The notes beneath the pieces are model-generated. The model was not told where the DNA came from. It made no database searches and worked only from the letters and a program-made list of their open reading frames with translations. Of a stretch of DNA of 64,000 nt, positions 63,340 to 64,000 are shown piece after piece; the stretch's first letter is position 1, and every line of letters begins with the position of its first letter. Source of the stretch: Bacteroidales bacterium (GTDB lineage: Bacteria; Bacteroidota; Bacteroidia; Bacteroidales; WCHB1-69); contig JAGCUN010000011.1 in assembly GCA_017962845.1 (NCBI GenBank), forward strand, positions 65,192 to 129,191, read 5' to 3'. A program made the translations under genes and the position numbers.

Positions 63340-64000
63340 ATGAGAAAATCGTCAGACAGTTTCATGAAAAAACTCCAAGGAGAGTGGAAACCATTATTAG
63401 ACTACATTTTGTCGGATTCTGAATTGGATTTGCAAATCAGAGACAACTACATCAATGTGTATTACCAGGGAGGAAATATTCTAAAAATTAATCCGCGTAG
63501 TTTCTATTTTGATGAATTTTATTTCTACAAAGATTGTGCAAAGAAACGCAAAACTCCATTACAGGAAGAGGCTAAGAGCGGGAATGTGAAAGCTAAAAGT
63601 ATCATTGCTGAACTTGTTGACAAGAGAGATTGCTTGTTGTCCCCCCTGCAATCTCACCAACTTGATAAATCAGTTGCAGCAGAATATTTTCAAAAGGCAA
63701 AAAAAATAATGCGGGACTGGGAAAAGACACTTAATGAACAACTTGGTATTTCTCATGCAGAGAAACAGGAACAGCAGCAAATAGCTCTCGCTAATCGAAA
63801 AAACACCGATTATGTGGTTTTGGATTTGGAATATGCGGTAAGTACAGACCCTAGTTCTAGTTTTAAGTATAATGGTTCTGTTGAAGACAAGAAAAGACCT
63901 CGCTTTGACATTATCGCTATCCATAAAGGACAATTAATAGTAATTGAATTGAAAAAGGGGCTAAAAGCTCTTGATAGAAAATCAGGAATAGCAGATCACA
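63340..64000 (+). CDS. Hypothetical protein with a PD-(D/E)xK nuclease-like motif, 3'-truncated by the window end
   Basis: This ORF is not in the supplied track because it has no stop. It reads ATG 63340 MRKSSDSFMKKLQGEWKPLLDYIL... and is open to base 64000. The motif DYVVLDLEYAV..RPRFDIIAIHKGQLIVIELKKG fits the D..(D/E)xK pattern. It is strongly AT-rich compared with the rest of the window. Confidence 0.6.
   Translation, partial: MRKSSDSFMKKLQGEWKPLLDYILSDSELDLQIRDNYINVYYQGGNILKINPRSFYFDEFYFYKDCAKKRKTPLQEEAKSGNVKAKSIIAELVDKRDCLLSPLQSHQLDKSVAAEYFQKAKKIMRDWEKTLNEQLGISHAEKQEQQQIALANRKNTDYVVLDLEYAVSTDPSSSFKYNGSVEDKKRPRFDIIAIHKGQLIVIELKKGLKALDRKSGIADH

Noticed and set aside
1-64000. I searched for rRNA, tRNA, tmRNA, RNase P and SRP RNA, and for transposases, integrases, phage genes and cas genes.
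   Set aside because: Nothing was recognised by eye: no GGTTCGAATCC-type T-loops, no RNase P GAGGAAAGTCC core and no DDE or tyrosine-recombinase motifs. A covariance-model or HMM scan is needed to be certain.

Overview
This window looks like a chromosomal segment of a Bacteroidota genome, probably Bacteroidales and Prevotella-like. The basis is several proteins with type IX secretion (T9SS) C-terminal sorting domains, TAnnTTTG (-7) promoter boxes in front of many genes, no Shine-Dalgarno sites, and lipoprotein and TonB-dependent receptor content. I call about 56 protein-coding genes, mostly housekeeping: der, yicC, cobB, rsmD, priA, waaA, ldcA, pfkA, dnaX, methylmalonyl-CoA mutase, ybaK, mntP and terC. 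Five clear T9SS cargo genes are interspersed: an adhesin-like repeat protein, a C10 cysteine protease, an esterase, an unknown surface protein, and a large peptidoglycan amidase. One TPP riboswitch sits in front of a TonB-dependent receptor, and there is one AbiEi/AbiEii toxin-antitoxin pair in a lower-GC islet. I found no rRNA, tRNA, CRISPR array, transposase or integrase. The less ordinary signals are five. (1) A 28-30 bp palindromic element (GTAGAGACG..CGTCTCTAC) occurs in 7 copies, three of them in frame inside coding sequence. (2) Purine-rich 7-nt and 8-nt tandem repeat tracts start at or next to stop codons. (3) dnaX is split into two reading frames. (4) A co-directional cassette encodes a B12-radical-SAM enzyme, a small unknown protein, an esterase, an adenylate-forming ligase and an acyltransferase, directly behind a B12-dependent mutase. 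(5) There is an abrupt AT-rich boundary at about 63.3 kb, where a PD-(D/E)xK-like gene runs off the window. All functional calls rest on motifs read by eye. No database search was run.
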